From Octopus sinensis (taxonomy: Eukaryota), in contig NC_043026.1 in assembly GCF_006345805.1 (NCBI RefSeq), positions 8,990,001-9,054,000 of the forward strand: 64,000 nucleotides of DNA, given 5' to 3'. Position numbers and translations under genes: made by a program. Shown here piece after piece: positions 26,774-39,035 of the stretch. Position 1 is the first letter of the stretch. Each line of letters opens with the position of its first letter. A model generated the notes under the pieces. It searched no databases. It was not told the DNA's origin and saw only the letters and a list, made by a program, of their open reading frames with translations.

Positions 26774-28586
26774 CTATCTCGTTTGACTGTATTTCCTTCC
26801 TCTGTTATTACTAAGTATGAACGAGGTTGCTCTAGTTTTTTTAATTATTTTGCCCCTTCTAAACCAATTGTTGTTAAACTTAATTCTAACCGTGTCGTGT
26901 GGTTTTAACTCTGGGAGTTCTGTTGTAATGTTTGATTTCTTCTTTTCGTGAGGCCTGATACCAATTTTGTCGTGTAGTATGTTTGGGAGATTTGTTCGCA
27001 ATGTTCTATTCATTATTTGATTTGCAGGGGATGGTGCACCATTTTGTAATTTAGTCGTGCGTAATGCTAAGAGCGCTAATTGAGGTTCTTCCCCACTTTT
27101 GAATGCCTTTTTTAGCGTCTTTTTTATTGTCTGTATATTTCTCTCAACCATGCCATTCGCTTGATGACAATGCGGGCTTGTCTTCGTGTGATGAAAATGC
27201 CAATTTTTTGCAAATATTTTGAAATTCAGCCGAATTGAATTCAGGACCGTTGTCACTTACAACTGTTTGCGGAATTCCGAATTTAGCAAAAGTTTCTTTT
27301 AATTTTTTGATTACGGTTTTTGAATGGCAATCATTTACTTCGTGTAGATCAAAAAATCTTGTTGTATAGTCAATAATTGTGACATACGAATTTCCAGACA
27401 GGTGAAATACGTCTGTACCCACTTTGGTCCATGGTGTAGTAGGTATTTCATGATTTATTAGTGGTTCGGCTGGTTGTTGGTTTTTGTAGTCGATGCAGTA
27501 TGAGCATGTGTTAATCATGTCTTTGATTTGAGCGTTAATGCCGGGCCAGTATATACATTCCTTCGCTCTCTCTATGCATTTTTCCATACCCATGTGTCCG
27601 GTATGTATTTCCTGTAGAGCTTCTCTACGTAATGACTTAGGTACAATTATTCTTGAACCTTTTAGAACAAGACCATTGACGATTGATATTTCATCACGAA
27701 CGGAGACGAATGGTTTGATGTTTATTGCTATTTTGTGTTTTAGGGGCCATTCTGTTCTTGTATATGTGATGAGTGTCTGTAGTGACGGGTCGTCTGCAGT
27801 GGCTTCTTTATACTCGTTTAATTTAGTGTCGGTTATGGGGTAATTTTTTATTACTGCATGTATGTGCGATTTCATATCTTCGTCTGATACTTCTGGAGTA
27901 TTTTGCTTAAGGTATGCACGTGATAGGGTATCTGCAACAACTGATTCTTCACATTTTTCTATTATGTCGTTTGTGTTGGACGAATTTATTTTTGAAATTC
28001 TCTGAATTAGGTTCAGATCTTTAGCTGTCTTTGCATCTACAACTGCGTGTGAGTTTGTTTTTGCAACAATGAATTTTATTTGCTTTGATAATTCTTTGTA
28101 TTTAATGACTGCTGTGCATTTTCCTAGCACTTTTATAGCTGTGTTATTGTAAGCTGATAATCGAGTTGAGGTTTTTTGCAGTTGTGGTTTTGGAATTATA
28201 GTTTTATATTCTCTGAATGGCAGTACGGTTACGTCTGCTCCTGTATCTATTTTGAATGTTACATTCGAGTTGTTCACTTTTAGTTCGACCGTCCAAATGT
28301 CTTTTGGAGTCTTGAACTTTTCGATTTTGTGCACGCGGGAATTATTTGCAGTGATCATTTCGAGTGCATGTGTATCGTCATCTGATTCATCGTCGGTATG
28401 TATCTCTACTTTATGTACACATTTTCTTGATTTGCCCATTTTTGCATAGTGTCCTTTTTTTCTTGCATTTTTCACATGTCTTGTGAAATGCTGGGCATTT
28501 ATTTCTTTTGTGATTATAACCACAATAGTGACAGTTAGTGACGTAGTGTTGACTTGGCGCTTGAAACTTCGCAGGCTTTCTGTCAC
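26774..28586 (-). pseudogene. Pol remnant: aspartic protease fused in frame to the RNaseH tail and integrase; frameshift inside the integrase
   Basis: FKIDTGADVT ... IIEKCEE|SVVADTLSR ... HTGHMGMEKC..CSYC ... GTDVF ... SDNGPEF; continues in ORF 26774-27256 (NGMVERNIQTIK). Confidence 0.85.
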
Positions 28587-29272
28587 TTCCGCCTTGTTCG
28601 TTTTGATGTCTGGATTGCATATGGCGAGTTATTTGAGTTTTGACGCCTTTTCTGTCGTGTTGACTATATAACCCTCGAGATTTCGTTATCTCTTGTTTCG
28701 GATGTGGCATTTAGCATCCTTGACTGGAGTCGTGTTTGCTCTGCACTCTGACCTGCTTGAATTGTTTTTTGTAAGTCTAAATTTGGTTCTCTCAATAATC
28801 TTTCTCTTAATCTCATGTCTCTGATTGCACATATCAGAATATCTCTGGTGAGACTGTCTGTGAGGTTGCCGAATTCGCACTGTTGTGCCTTTTGGCGCAA
28901 CTCTACCACGTACTCATCGAATTTTTGATGTTCCGCTTGTTCACATGTGAAGAATTTGTGTCTCGGGAAAGTTATGTATTTCCTGGGTTCACAATATGTA
29001 TCGAATTTTTCGATTACTGTTTGAAGGTTCATTTCTTCGTCGGGTGAATCGAAATCCAGAGTGGAATGGATGTCTCGGCCTTTGGAACCGATGCAAGTTA
29101 AAAACATTGAAGTTTTTACTTTGTCTGGCTTTATGTCACTTTCTGTTGCTATCAAAAAGAGATTGAATTCTTTTTTCCACTTTTTCCATGCTGCGGCTAG
29201 ATTTTCCTGATTAAAGTCTGGGTCTTTTGGATGCGGTAAATTTTCCATTTCCTCTTTGAAGTATGATTTCAA
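28411..29272 (-). pseudogene. Gag of the Gypsy element (frameshifted), with CCHC zinc knuckles
   Basis: ORF 28664-29272 (FLTCIGSKG...RHKFFTCEQ...LRERLLRE) and CHYCGYNHKRNKC in ORF 28411-28710. Confidence 0.85.
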
Positions 29273-30776
29273 CTTCTTTTTTCTTTTGGTTTCTGTATTT
29301 TGGGTTCTTTTAGTATTCTGACACCATGTTGTTGTTGTTATATATATATATATATATATAATGTATTGAGTATTAAAGGAAGTAGTGAGTACTTAGTATG
29401 AAAGATTAAGAAAGTGAGAGAGACTGAAAAAACGTGTTAACGATACGAGATACTTTATTAGACTGCACGTTGTTGTACAAGGTATTTCTTGTTCATGTTT
29501 GTTTTGTGAGGAAAAAAAGATACCCTTCCCCTAAACCTAACCCTAAAACAGATTGAAATGCAATAGATCGATTCTAGGGTTATAATTATGGGTGACAATT
29601 TCATATGACACCGCTAGAAAAAAACTGCCGTTGAAGAAAATATCTTACAAATATGTTAGAAACTACAGAATTTTCTCAAGAAAGCCAAGAGAAAACGATG
29701 TTTTATAAACAAGTTTAAAAGTGTCTAGTTACTTGGAAATTATTTCAAAATCTGTTGTTCAAACCGAAAAGATCCAAATTGTTTACTTTCTTTTAAAAAA
29801 ATTATTTATTTTGTGTTTTATTTCCTTTGCTAGGTAGTCGTTGTAGGATCGACTAGTCACGACTAGCTAGCGCGGATGTGCGAGTGCGCACACCGGGACC
29901 ACTCTTAAGTAGTACCCTGTGTTGGATTCAAAGTCAATTATCCCCCCATGCAATGTTTAATTTGGTAATTTTCAGTTATCAAAGTGATGTCTCACATGGG
30001 GCAAAATGAGTAACGACTATTTCCAATAATTTTTTCTCTTTATGGAGTTAAAGAGAAGAAATTGTGAGCTGTTAGGTTACTAGTCACAGACATACATTTT
30101 CTACAATATCCTCTGGCTTTGTGAATGGATTTGGGAGATGGAAACTGAAGGAAGCCCAATATGTGTGTGTGGGTGGGTGTGTTGTCCTCCCACCCCTTCA
30201 ACACTTGACAAACAGTGTTGGTGTGTTTATGTCCCCATAAACCTGTGGTTTGGCAAAAGTGGCTGATAGAATAAGTGCTAAGCTGATGTAAATATTAATA
30301 AATTAGAAAGTTCTGTTGTTCAGTTAAATGTTTATTTCTAGAGTTAATCTTTATGGAAATGTTGAATCTGTATTTTTTTAAGTAGCCTCTATATCTTACA
30401 CTGTTGTTTCTTTATTATTTCAGAATATCAGATGACATTGGCATAACTGAAGATACATTCTCATTATTTATCAGCTTTTTAAAGACCAAATTGGAAATAT
30501 ACAGAAGAGATATATAAGATTGTTTCTATAAATCTGTGGTGGAATTCCTCTGATATATTTACTCTGAATTGTGTTATTAGCAAACCTTCTGGACATCACT
30601 GGCTGGAGTGTCTACAAGATGAGCCTGTTTGCAGATTGAATGTGGATAAATTTAGTTGTTTTGTGACAAAGATAACAGTGGCCAGAAATACAACAGTTGA
30701 AATATTTGTAAACAAAAGACTATAGAAGCAAAAAGAATAAAAAAAGAAGGTATATTGTGAAGTTGAAGGAAAAATA

Positions 30777-31781
30777 ATGGAAAAGAGTGAGAAAGTGAAG
30801 GAACAGATTTTACCAGAAGGTAGCAAAAAAACGAGACAAAAATTGTCACATGACTGTGATGTGTGTAAAAAGTCTTTCTCAAGTAAATGTAACTTAAATA
30901 GTCACAAACGTATTCATACAGGAGAGAAGCCATTTCACTGTGAAATCTGTGGTAAATCATTCTCTCAAAAAATTTCCTTGACTACCCACAAACGTATTCA
31001 TACAGGAGAGAAGCCATATTCCTGTAATATCTGTGGTAAATTATTTTCTGATAAAAGTGCTCTAACTCAACATAAACGTATTCATACAGGAGAGGAGCCA
31101 TATCATTGTAGTGTCTGTGGTAAATCATTTTCTGATAAAAGTGTTTTAAATAATCACCAGCATTGTCATACAGGAGAGAAGCCATTTCAATGTGACATCT
31201 GTGGTAAATCATTCTCTCAAAGAAGTGCTTTAACTAATCATGAACGTATTCATACAGGAAAGAAGCCATATTCCTGTAAAATCTGTGGTAAATTATATCC
31301 TGGTAAAAGTGCTCTAACTTATCATAAACGTATTCATACAGGAGAGTCACCATATCCTTGTGATATCTGTGGTAAATCATTCACCGTGAGTTCTAACTTA
31401 ACTGGACACAGACGTATTCATACAGGAGAAACACCATATTCTTGTGATATCTGTGGTAAATTATTCTCTCAAAATATTTATTTGACTTTACACAAACGTA
31501 TTCATACAGGAGAGACACTATTTCACTGTGAAATCTGTGGTAAATCATTCTCTCAATGTGGCAACTTAGCTAAACATAAACGTATTCATACAGGAGAGAC
31601 ACCATATTCTTGTGATGTCTGTAATAAATCTTTCTCTACCAGTAGTAACCTAATGACCCATAAACGTATTCATACAGGAGAGACACCATATTCTTGTGAT
31701 ATCTGTGGAAGGTCATTTACTCAACATAGCAGCTTAACTTCTCACAAATGTGTTCATAAGGGGAAGAAGCAATCCCACTAA
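30777..31781 (+). CDS. C2H2 zinc-finger protein, type B2, 334 aa, 11 fingers (different finger composition from B1/B3)
   Basis: Intact ORF of 28-aa C2H2 repeats. Confidence 0.93.
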   Translation: MEKSEKVKEQILPEGSKKTRQKLSHDCDVCKKSFSSKCNLNSHKRIHTGEKPFHCEICGKSFSQKISLTTHKRIHTGEKPYSCNICGKLFSDKSALTQHKRIHTGEEPYHCSVCGKSFSDKSVLNNHQHCHTGEKPFQCDICGKSFSQRSALTNHERIHTGKKPYSCKICGKLYPGKSALTYHKRIHTGESPYPCDICGKSFTVSSNLTGHRRIHTGETPYSCDICGKLFSQNIYLTLHKRIHTGETLFHCEICGKSFSQCGNLAKHKRIHTGETPYSCDVCNKSFSTSSNLMTHKRIHTGETPYSCDICGRSFTQHSSLTSHKCVHKGKKQSH

Positions 31782-32061
31782 TATTTAAACTAAATCATAA
31801 TCTCTAAGGGGTTACTGAAACCCTTTACCTTGCAGGTTATTCTGTCGAATGTGATGTTTAGTTATTCACATTATTTTCAATTTGCCATCCAAAGGTTTAG
31901 TAAAATTCTATCAATTAGAAAAAAGATATTTAATTTTAATTCTCAAATTTTTATCAATTTTTGCGTGATATTAAAGGGACACTACTCATATATGAACTTA
32001 GGCGCACACACACAGACACAGGAGACAAAAGACAATACAAAGAGTTTTCAAATTGAGTAAA

Positions 32062-33093
32062 CAGGAGTAGTTGTGTGGTAAGTAGCTTGCTTCCCTTTGT
32101 CGGAGACGGACGTGTTTGTTTTTGGCGGAGAGTTCTTGCTGCTTGATGTCACGTCTTTCGTCGTGAAATATTGAACTTTGAGGCTCGACTACAGGTAGGC
32201 GTTTGTCGTATTTTTTGAGGGTTTAGTGGAGTTTGTTGCCCTGTATTTAATAATTTTTGGTGAGTAATAGACTCCACTCTGCTCCAGACATTTGCCTGCC
32301 TGTGGCCGCCTATAAAGACTCACTTTGCAGTGAGAATTGTGTTTTCGAGGAGGCGTAGCCCCTCCGCAAAAATTATCTTCGTGTCTGTGGATTACCAAGG
32401 CAGGAAGGACTGTTTTTGCAAGGTGGACGTGAGTGTTTTGGCTCTGGCCAATTACAAGAAAAAAGAACAAAAACAGAGAAGGTTGTCGAGGCCAGTGATT
32501 TTGTTTTATCTGAGCTGGGTGTAATTTGTTATATTGTTATTTTTTGTTAACAAATTTCGCCTGCTCTCGGTGGCTGCTGTTTTGTGAATTTAGTGTGAAT
32601 ATTTTGGATTCATTAAAAAAAAAAAAGCAGTGGAGGGACGTATCCTCGCCCGAATGATTAGAACCTGGTACAGTTACCGTTGGCTGTAGCCAGTATTGTG
32701 TTTGGATTTCTTTTACCAATTACGGGTAAAGACGATTCATACCAAGGAACCTATGTACATTTGGCCAGGAGTACCTTTTCGGCCGAAAATTAATTTATTT
32801 CTTCGCCTGGATTTGAACTCTCTTCTTCAAAGCTTTCGTTTATTTTAAAAAATAAAAGAACTCGTTTTTGAACTGTTATTTTTTATTTTATTTCTTCCCT
32901 TCTTCTTTTTTTGTGTCTTGTTTTATTTTCTTACATTTTGAACTGTAATTGAACTTTGTATTGAAATGGCAAAGGAATTTCTTGTGTGGGACTTGACAGC
33001 TCCCAAAAAATGGTTAAAAGAGCTTGAAAGGAAGACGGTGGTGTTGAGGACTTACTCAAAGTCAATGACTGAAACAAGTAAAAGAGTAAAGAG
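32062..33093 (+). mobile_element. SINE-1 head + LINE-A 5' part + SINE-1 tail (internally deleted nest); duplicate at 43789-44817
   Basis: Head 32062-32094, LINE-A to CAAAGTC at 33063, then AATGACTGAAACAAGTAAAAGAGTAAAGAG, with AGTC microhomology at the junction. Confidence 0.8.
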
Positions 33094-34909
33094 TATATAA
33101 TTGCCATTAGTGTTCTGATAAATAAAACAGAAGCCTGTGTATGAAACTGGTCTTTTTCCTACTTCAGTTATTTCATTTTTCTCTTATAAAATACACACAT
33201 ACAGGAGGGGTAAACTATACCAATCATAATACTCTGAATGTGGCTCTCAAGAATGAATAAAAGCAATTACCCAATTAATGACAGGTATTACTACGAGTAG
33301 TTTATAGACATATACACAGCCAAAGGAACCATCTGAACGTGGCCGCTGCCAGCGCAGCCCGTCTGTCCTCCGTGCAGGTTGCACGTAAAAAGCACCATCC
33401 GATCGTAGCTGTTGCCAGCATCGTTTGGCCTCCGTGCCAGTGGCACGTGAAAGCAACCACTACACTAATGGAGTGGTTGGCATTAGGAAGGGCATCCAGC
33501 TGTAGAAACTTTGTCAGATCAGACTGGGCCTAGTGCAGCCTTCTGGTTTCCCAGACCCCAGTTGAACCATCAGAAATTTTAACGAACTCGATCTGGAATA
33601 GTGGAAGTTGTATCATAGTTGAAATTCTGTAGCATTGGTTATGAGTTTTGCTGGCGAGTTAACTGTGGCTGGTCTAGTTTGTGTGCCTGGAGTTACCTTT
33701 ATATAAAAGAATGACAAGAAGAACCAGGTAAATTCAATGCAACTATTATTTATTACAACCCCTTATAAAAATACATGGCAAATGTCTTACATATTGTGAA
33801 GTAACAGGTTTGGCAAGTTTTAACGAACTCTATCTGGAACAGTGGGAGTTGTATCACAGTTGAAATTCTGTAGCATCTTCCTGGTTTGGTTCTGTGTGTT
33901 GGGCAGCATCGGTTGTTGTGATCTGTCCGTCGCTGTAGAGGAAGTACAAGTTTACCAGGCCAGAGAGAGAGAGATCAGGAATGAAGACAGAAACAGGAGT
34001 GCCGCCACAAAGGAGATACATGGTTACCCAGCCTGAGGGAAATGCAGGAGAAGGAGATAGAGGGTGGGAGACAACACGATGGAGATAGTGGCAAAATGAT
34101 GGGCGTATTTACTAGGGAGGGGATTAGAGCATAGATGAGGATGGTTGAGTAAGGGAAGAAAGAGATATAGATGGTGGCAAGGGCCAGGCCATACCCTTGA
34201 GGTTCAAACATCATAATATAAGGGACAGGATACTGCAAAGGCGGCGAGCTAGCAGAAACGTTAGGCTCTGTGTTCAAATTCCGCCGAGGTCGAATTTGCC
34301 TTACATCCTTTCGGGGTAGATTATATAAGTACCAGTTACGCACTGTCAGGGTGCTACCGGATAGCAATGATACAGAGGAACAGCACCATGAGGACAGGAT
34401 TGGGGGAGTGAGAGGTAGGCATAGTGTATGGAAGGAATGTGAAGAAGAGATGTAGATTGGTTTGTTGGGGGTAGGGTGTGTAAAAAGTTTTCTTGTTACA
34501 TGTGGGTGGAAGACATAGGTTGAGGGCAAGCCAGTAGCAATAATACAGTAAGACAGGAAATGGGGGTGGAACATACAGGTCAGGACTAGTGGAGAGCAAT
34601 GCTACAGTGAGACAGGGCAGGACTGTATTTAAAATATCCGATCGTGGCCGTTTGCCAGCCTCGTCTGGCACCTGTGCAGGTGGCACGTAAAAAGCACCCA
34701 CTACACTCACAGAGTGGTTGGCATTAGGAAGGGCATCCAGCTGTAGAAACACTGCCAGATCAGCCAACTTGGTGCATCTAGTGTCCACTCTTTAGAATTT
34801 AAACCAGCCATATCTGGCCCAAATATTCTACCTATTTTATGATCAAACTAGTCAGAGTCGGCTTCTTACACCTACCCTGCAATGTCATTGTGAAAATACA
34901 CAATCATAT

Positions 34910-35946
34910 TGTTACGAGGGGGGGGGATCCTCCGTCGAACGAAAGCTGTTACGGAATCCCTCACACAGGCCCGTTCGATCAGCGAATAATTGCCACGGAA
35001 ACTCGGAGAGGAGAGAGAGATACAACAACAACAACAACAGCAGCAGCAGCACAGAGGCAATCGAGAGAGACACAATGAAGGCAAGGCAATTGGCTACGTT
35101 AACGTACTAGTTTATATGACTATTCAATTGTTACAGCATCAAATACATTTCAGATACACTTAAAAGAGGATATGCAAGTAACAACTCAATACATCATACA
35201 GGTATACCACAGATCAAAGCATTTAAACTGTCCAGTAACAACACATCTAGTTCAATGACAACAGCAATTCAAGAGTACACGTCCGGAGACAACAGTTCTA
35301 TTTCAAATCACATTAAAGGCATATACAATGTTCATTACACAGTTCTCTCTTCAACAACTCTGTACACAATGTCTTTACACAGTTCACATCGTTCTTTTCA
35401 CAGTCTCATTTCTTTTCAACATTTCAATACATCGATTCTTTTTCCTTCTTTTTCTTCACATATCAATACACAATTCACGTACCTTGGTTCCTACTAGAAT
35501 AGCCAATGTCCCATATTGCACCTCATCTCTCTCAGTGCTGCTAACTCCAACTTGCCAAACTCTTGCCCCGAATCCCAAATCCTCGCTCCTAAATCCAACC
35601 GCTCGCTTTGACGACCAAATACCGACTGCCAAAACCTCTTGCTCTCTCACCACCCCCAATCTCCCTTAGCACTGCTAATATTCTCTCTATCGCCGCTTGG
35701 TCCTATCTGCCTGTCTTCATCGACGCTGTCACTGTCATTCTCTCATGACAGGCTCCTCAGATTCCTTACTCTGTCTTCCTCGGCCCTCACATTTCTCTGA
35801 CCCTTTCTTGACCGGCAAAGAGTAGGGGTCCCTCCAAAAGCCATCAGTCTTCCGTAAACAAAGGACTATAATTTTGTACTGTAGACTTTCAGACTCCACT
35901 CCTAACAAAGTAGGTCAAGAAGTACTGCACCAGCCCAACCACAACA
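34910..35946. mobile_element. Solo LTR (1037 bp) with 4-bp TSD ATAT
   Basis: TGTTAC...CAACA termini, with ATAT at 34906-34909 and 35947-35950. The empty site AATCATATCATC is present in the other A-gene 3' flanks. Confidence 0.8.
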
Positions 35947-36086
35947 ATATCATCAAAATTTGAAAGCTGTGGATTAATGCAGGACAAATTGAAAATAATG
36001 TGAATAAATAACCCTCACATTCGATAGAATAATCTGCATGATAAAGGGGTCAGTCACCCCTTACAGATTATGATTTAGCACAAATA

Positions 36087-37673
36087 TCAGTGGGATTGCT
36101 TCTTCCCCTGATGAACACGTTTGTGAGAAGTTAAGTTGCCATGTTGAGTGAATGACCTTCCAGAGATATCACAAGAATATGGTGTTTCTGCTGTATGAAT
36201 ACGTTTGTGTGCAGTCAAGCTACCTTTTTGAAAGAATGATTTACCACAAATGTCACAGTGAAATGGCTTCTCTCCTGTATGAATACTTTTGTGAGAAATG
36301 AAAGCACTTTGGTCAGAGAATGATTTACCACAAATATCACAGCGATATGGTGTCTCTCCAGTATGAATACGTTTATGAGTAGTTAGGCTGCCACTTTCAG
36401 AGAATGATTTACCACAGATATCACAAGAATATGGTCTCTGCCCTGTATGAATACGTTTGTGTGTAGTCAAGCTACCTTTTTGAAAGAATGATTTACCACA
36501 AATGTCGCAGTGAAATGGCTTCTCTCCTGTATGAACATGTTTGTGAGATTTTAAAACACTTTGGACAGAGAATGATGTGCCACAGACATCACAGTGATAG
36601 GGCTTCTCTCCTGTATGAATACGCTTATGTGTAGTTAGGTTACTACTGGCAGAGAAAGATTTGCCACAGATGTTGCACTGATATGGCTTCTCTCCTGTAT
36701 GAATACGTTTGTGAGAAGTTAAATACCCACTTTGAGAGAATGATGTACCACAGACATCACAGTGATAGGGCTTCCCTCCTGTATGAATACGCTTATGTCT
36801 AGTTAGGTTCCTACTGAGAGAGAAAGATTTGCCACAGATGTCGCAGTGATACAGCTTCTCTCCTGTATGAATACGTTTGTGAGCATTTAAACTCCCACTT
36901 TGAGAAAATGATGTACCACAGATGTCACAAGAATATGGTGTTTCTCCTGTATGAATACGTCGGTGTTTAGTTAAGTTACTACCGGCAGAGAAAGATTTGC
37001 CACAAATGTTGCACTGATATGGCTTCTCTCCTGTATGGAAACGTTTGTGAGCAGTTAAGTTCCCACTTTGAGAGAATGATTTACCACAGATATCACAAGA
37101 ATATGGTGTCTCTCCCGTATGAATATGTTTATGAGTATTTAAGTTCCTATTGGCAGAGAAAGATTTGCCACAGATGTCGCAGTGATATGGCTTCTCTCCT
37201 GTATGGAAACGTTTGTGAGCAGTCAAGTTATTCCTGTGATGGAATGATTTACCACAGATGTCACAGTGAAATGGTTTCTCTCCTGTATGAATACGTTTGT
37301 GAGAATTTAAATCACTTCGGTCAGAGAATGATTTACCACAGACATCACAACGATAAGGCTTCTCTCCAGTATGAATACGTTTGTGTGTAGTCAAGTGACC
37401 CTTTTGAGAGAATGATTTACCACAGATGTCACAGTGAAATGGTTTCTCCCCTGTATGTATACGCTTGTGCATATTCAAGTGGGCCTTTTGAGAGAATGAT
37501 TTACCACAGATGTCACAATGAAATGGCTTCTCTACCGTATGAATACGTTTATGCTTATTCAAGTTAACCTTTTCAGAGAAGGACTTTTTACACACATCAC
37601 TGTCATGTGACAATTTTTGTTTCCCTTTTTCTTCTGGAAAAGTCAGATCCTTTAGTTTCTCACTGTTTTCCAT
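36087..37673 (-). CDS. C2H2 zinc-finger protein, type A3, 528 aa, 18 fingers (one Cys->Ser each in first and last fingers)
   Basis: Intact ORF of C2H2 repeats. Confidence 0.92.
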   Translation of the reverse strand: MENSEKLKDLTFPEEKGKQKLSHDSDVCKKSFSEKVNLNKHKRIHTVEKPFHCDICGKSFSQKAHLNMHKRIHTGEKPFHCDICGKSFSQKGHLTTHKRIHTGEKPYRCDVCGKSFSDRSDLNSHKRIHTGEKPFHCDICGKSFHHRNNLTAHKRFHTGEKPYHCDICGKSFSANRNLNTHKHIHTGETPYSCDICGKSFSQSGNLTAHKRFHTGEKPYQCNICGKSFSAGSNLTKHRRIHTGETPYSCDICGTSFSQSGSLNAHKRIHTGEKLYHCDICGKSFSLSRNLTRHKRIHTGGKPYHCDVCGTSFSQSGYLTSHKRIHTGEKPYQCNICGKSFSASSNLTTHKRIHTGEKPYHCDVCGTSFSVQSVLKSHKHVHTGEKPFHCDICGKSFFQKGSLTTHKRIHTGQRPYSCDICGKSFSESGSLTTHKRIHTGETPYRCDICGKSFSDQSAFISHKSIHTGEKPFHCDICGKSFFQKGSLTAHKRIHTAETPYSCDISGRSFTQHGNLTSHKRVHQGKKQSH

Positions 37674-38252
37674 TATTTTTCTTTGAAAATCACAAATATA
37701 TATATATATATATATGTTTTCTTCTTTGTACTTCTATAGTCTTTTGTTTGCAAGTATTTCGACTGCTGTATTTCTGTCCAGTGTTACTTTTGTCCCAAAA
37801 CTCGTTTGTAAATTTATCCAAGTTTAATTTGCAAAGAGACACATCTTGTAGACACTCCAGCCAGTGATGTCCAGAAGGTTTGCTAATAACACAATTCAGA
37901 GTAAATATATCAGAGGAATTCCACCACAGATTTATAGAAACAATCTTATATATCTGTTCTGTACAATATTTTCATTTTCGTCTTTAAAAAGCTGATAAAT
38001 AATGAGAATGTATCTTCAGTTATGCCAATGTCATCTGATATTCTGAAATAATAAAGAAACAACAGTGTAAGATATAGAGGCTACTGAAAAAAATACAGAT
38101 TCAACATTTCCATAAAGATAAACTCTAGAAGCAAACATTTACCTGAACAACAGAACTTTTTAATTTATTAAAATTTACATCAGAAAATCTTGTGTGAAGT
38201 TAACATATTTCTAAATTCCAGTTACACATTCGTACTGCACAACATTTATATA

Positions 38253-38308
<56 letters not shown>

Positions 38309-38343
38309 AAAAAGCACCATCCGATCGTGGCCGTTTGCCAGCC

Positions 38344-38600
38344 CCACCTGGGACGAGGTGGTGAAGCACGACCTTCGGACGTTAGGTCTCACCATGGAAA
38401 TGACTAGAGACCGAGACCTATGGAAGTATGCTGTGCGTGAGAAGACCCGGCAAGACTAGTGAAGCCATAATCCGTGGCCCCTACCTGGGACGTAGTCAGT
38501 CCACCTGTGCATACCTTCCTTCTTGTGACACTTGTGAAGACCTGTTGAGGCAAGTGAGAATCGAATCGTATCAAATCAAATCGAACCAAATCAAAATAGA
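38344..38600 (+). mobile_element. RTE-clade LINE 3' end fragment
   Basis: Translates TWDEVVKHDLRTLGLTMEMTRDRDLWKYAVREKTRQD*, followed by a 3' UTR and an (AATCG/AAATC)n tail. Confidence 0.7.
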
Positions 38601-38720
38601 TGAACATCAATGGAATTTGTATCCTTGTGGTACCAGTGCCGGTGGCACATAAGAAAACCATCCGAACGTGACCGTAGCCAGTACCGCAATGACTGGCCTC
38701 CGTGCTGAGGGCACGTAACA

Positions 38721-39035
38721 AACACCATCCGAGCGTGGCCGTCCGCCAGCCTCGTCTAGCACCTGTGTCGGTGACACATAAGAAAACACCATCCGAGCGT
38801 GGCCGTCTGCCAGCCTCGTCTGGCACCTGTGTCGGTGGCACATAAAAAACACCATCCGAGCGTGGCCGTCTGCCAGCCTCGTCTGGCACCTGTGTCGGTG
38901 GCACATAAAAAACACCATCCGAGCGTGGCCGTCTGCCAGCCTCGTCTGGCACCTGTGTCGGTGGCACATAAAAAACACCATCCGAGCGTGGCCGTCTGCC
39001 AGCCTCGTCTGGCACCTGTGTCGGTGGCACATAAA
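38721..39035. repeat. 63-bp minisatellite, 5 units, inside a SINE-2 copy
   Basis: AACACCATCCGAGCGTGGCCG... starts at 38721, 38785, 38848, 38911 and 38974. Confidence 0.9.

Larger units (their letters stand above)
26345..29495 (-). mobile_element. Gypsy/Ty3 (Mag-like) LTR retrotransposon, internally deleted (no RT/RNaseH)
   Basis: LTRs at 26345-26568 and 29327-29495 (TG...CA). PBS TGGTGTCAGAA at 29326-29316 matches the tRNA-Leu 3' end. A/G-rich PPT next to 26569. Gag, CCHC knuckles, protease DTGAD, integrase HHCC and D..SDNGPEF. Confidence 0.9.
26084..29775. mobile_element. Foldback/MITE-like element (~540 bp) split by the Gypsy insertion
   Basis: The left end GGATCTTTTCTGTTTGAACGGCAG... is mirrored by ...GTTCAAACCGAAAAGATCC at 29775, with ~140 bp of inverted similarity. 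Confidence 0.5.

Noticed and set aside
29525-29548. Telomere-like CCCTAAACCTAACCCTAA
   Set aside because: Only about three degenerate units, inside a transposon-like element. Not a telomeric array.
29899-29915. Resemblance of CTCTTAAGTAG to the 28S rRNA R2 target
   Set aside because: The match is only ~10 nt and gapped, and the flanks are not rRNA.
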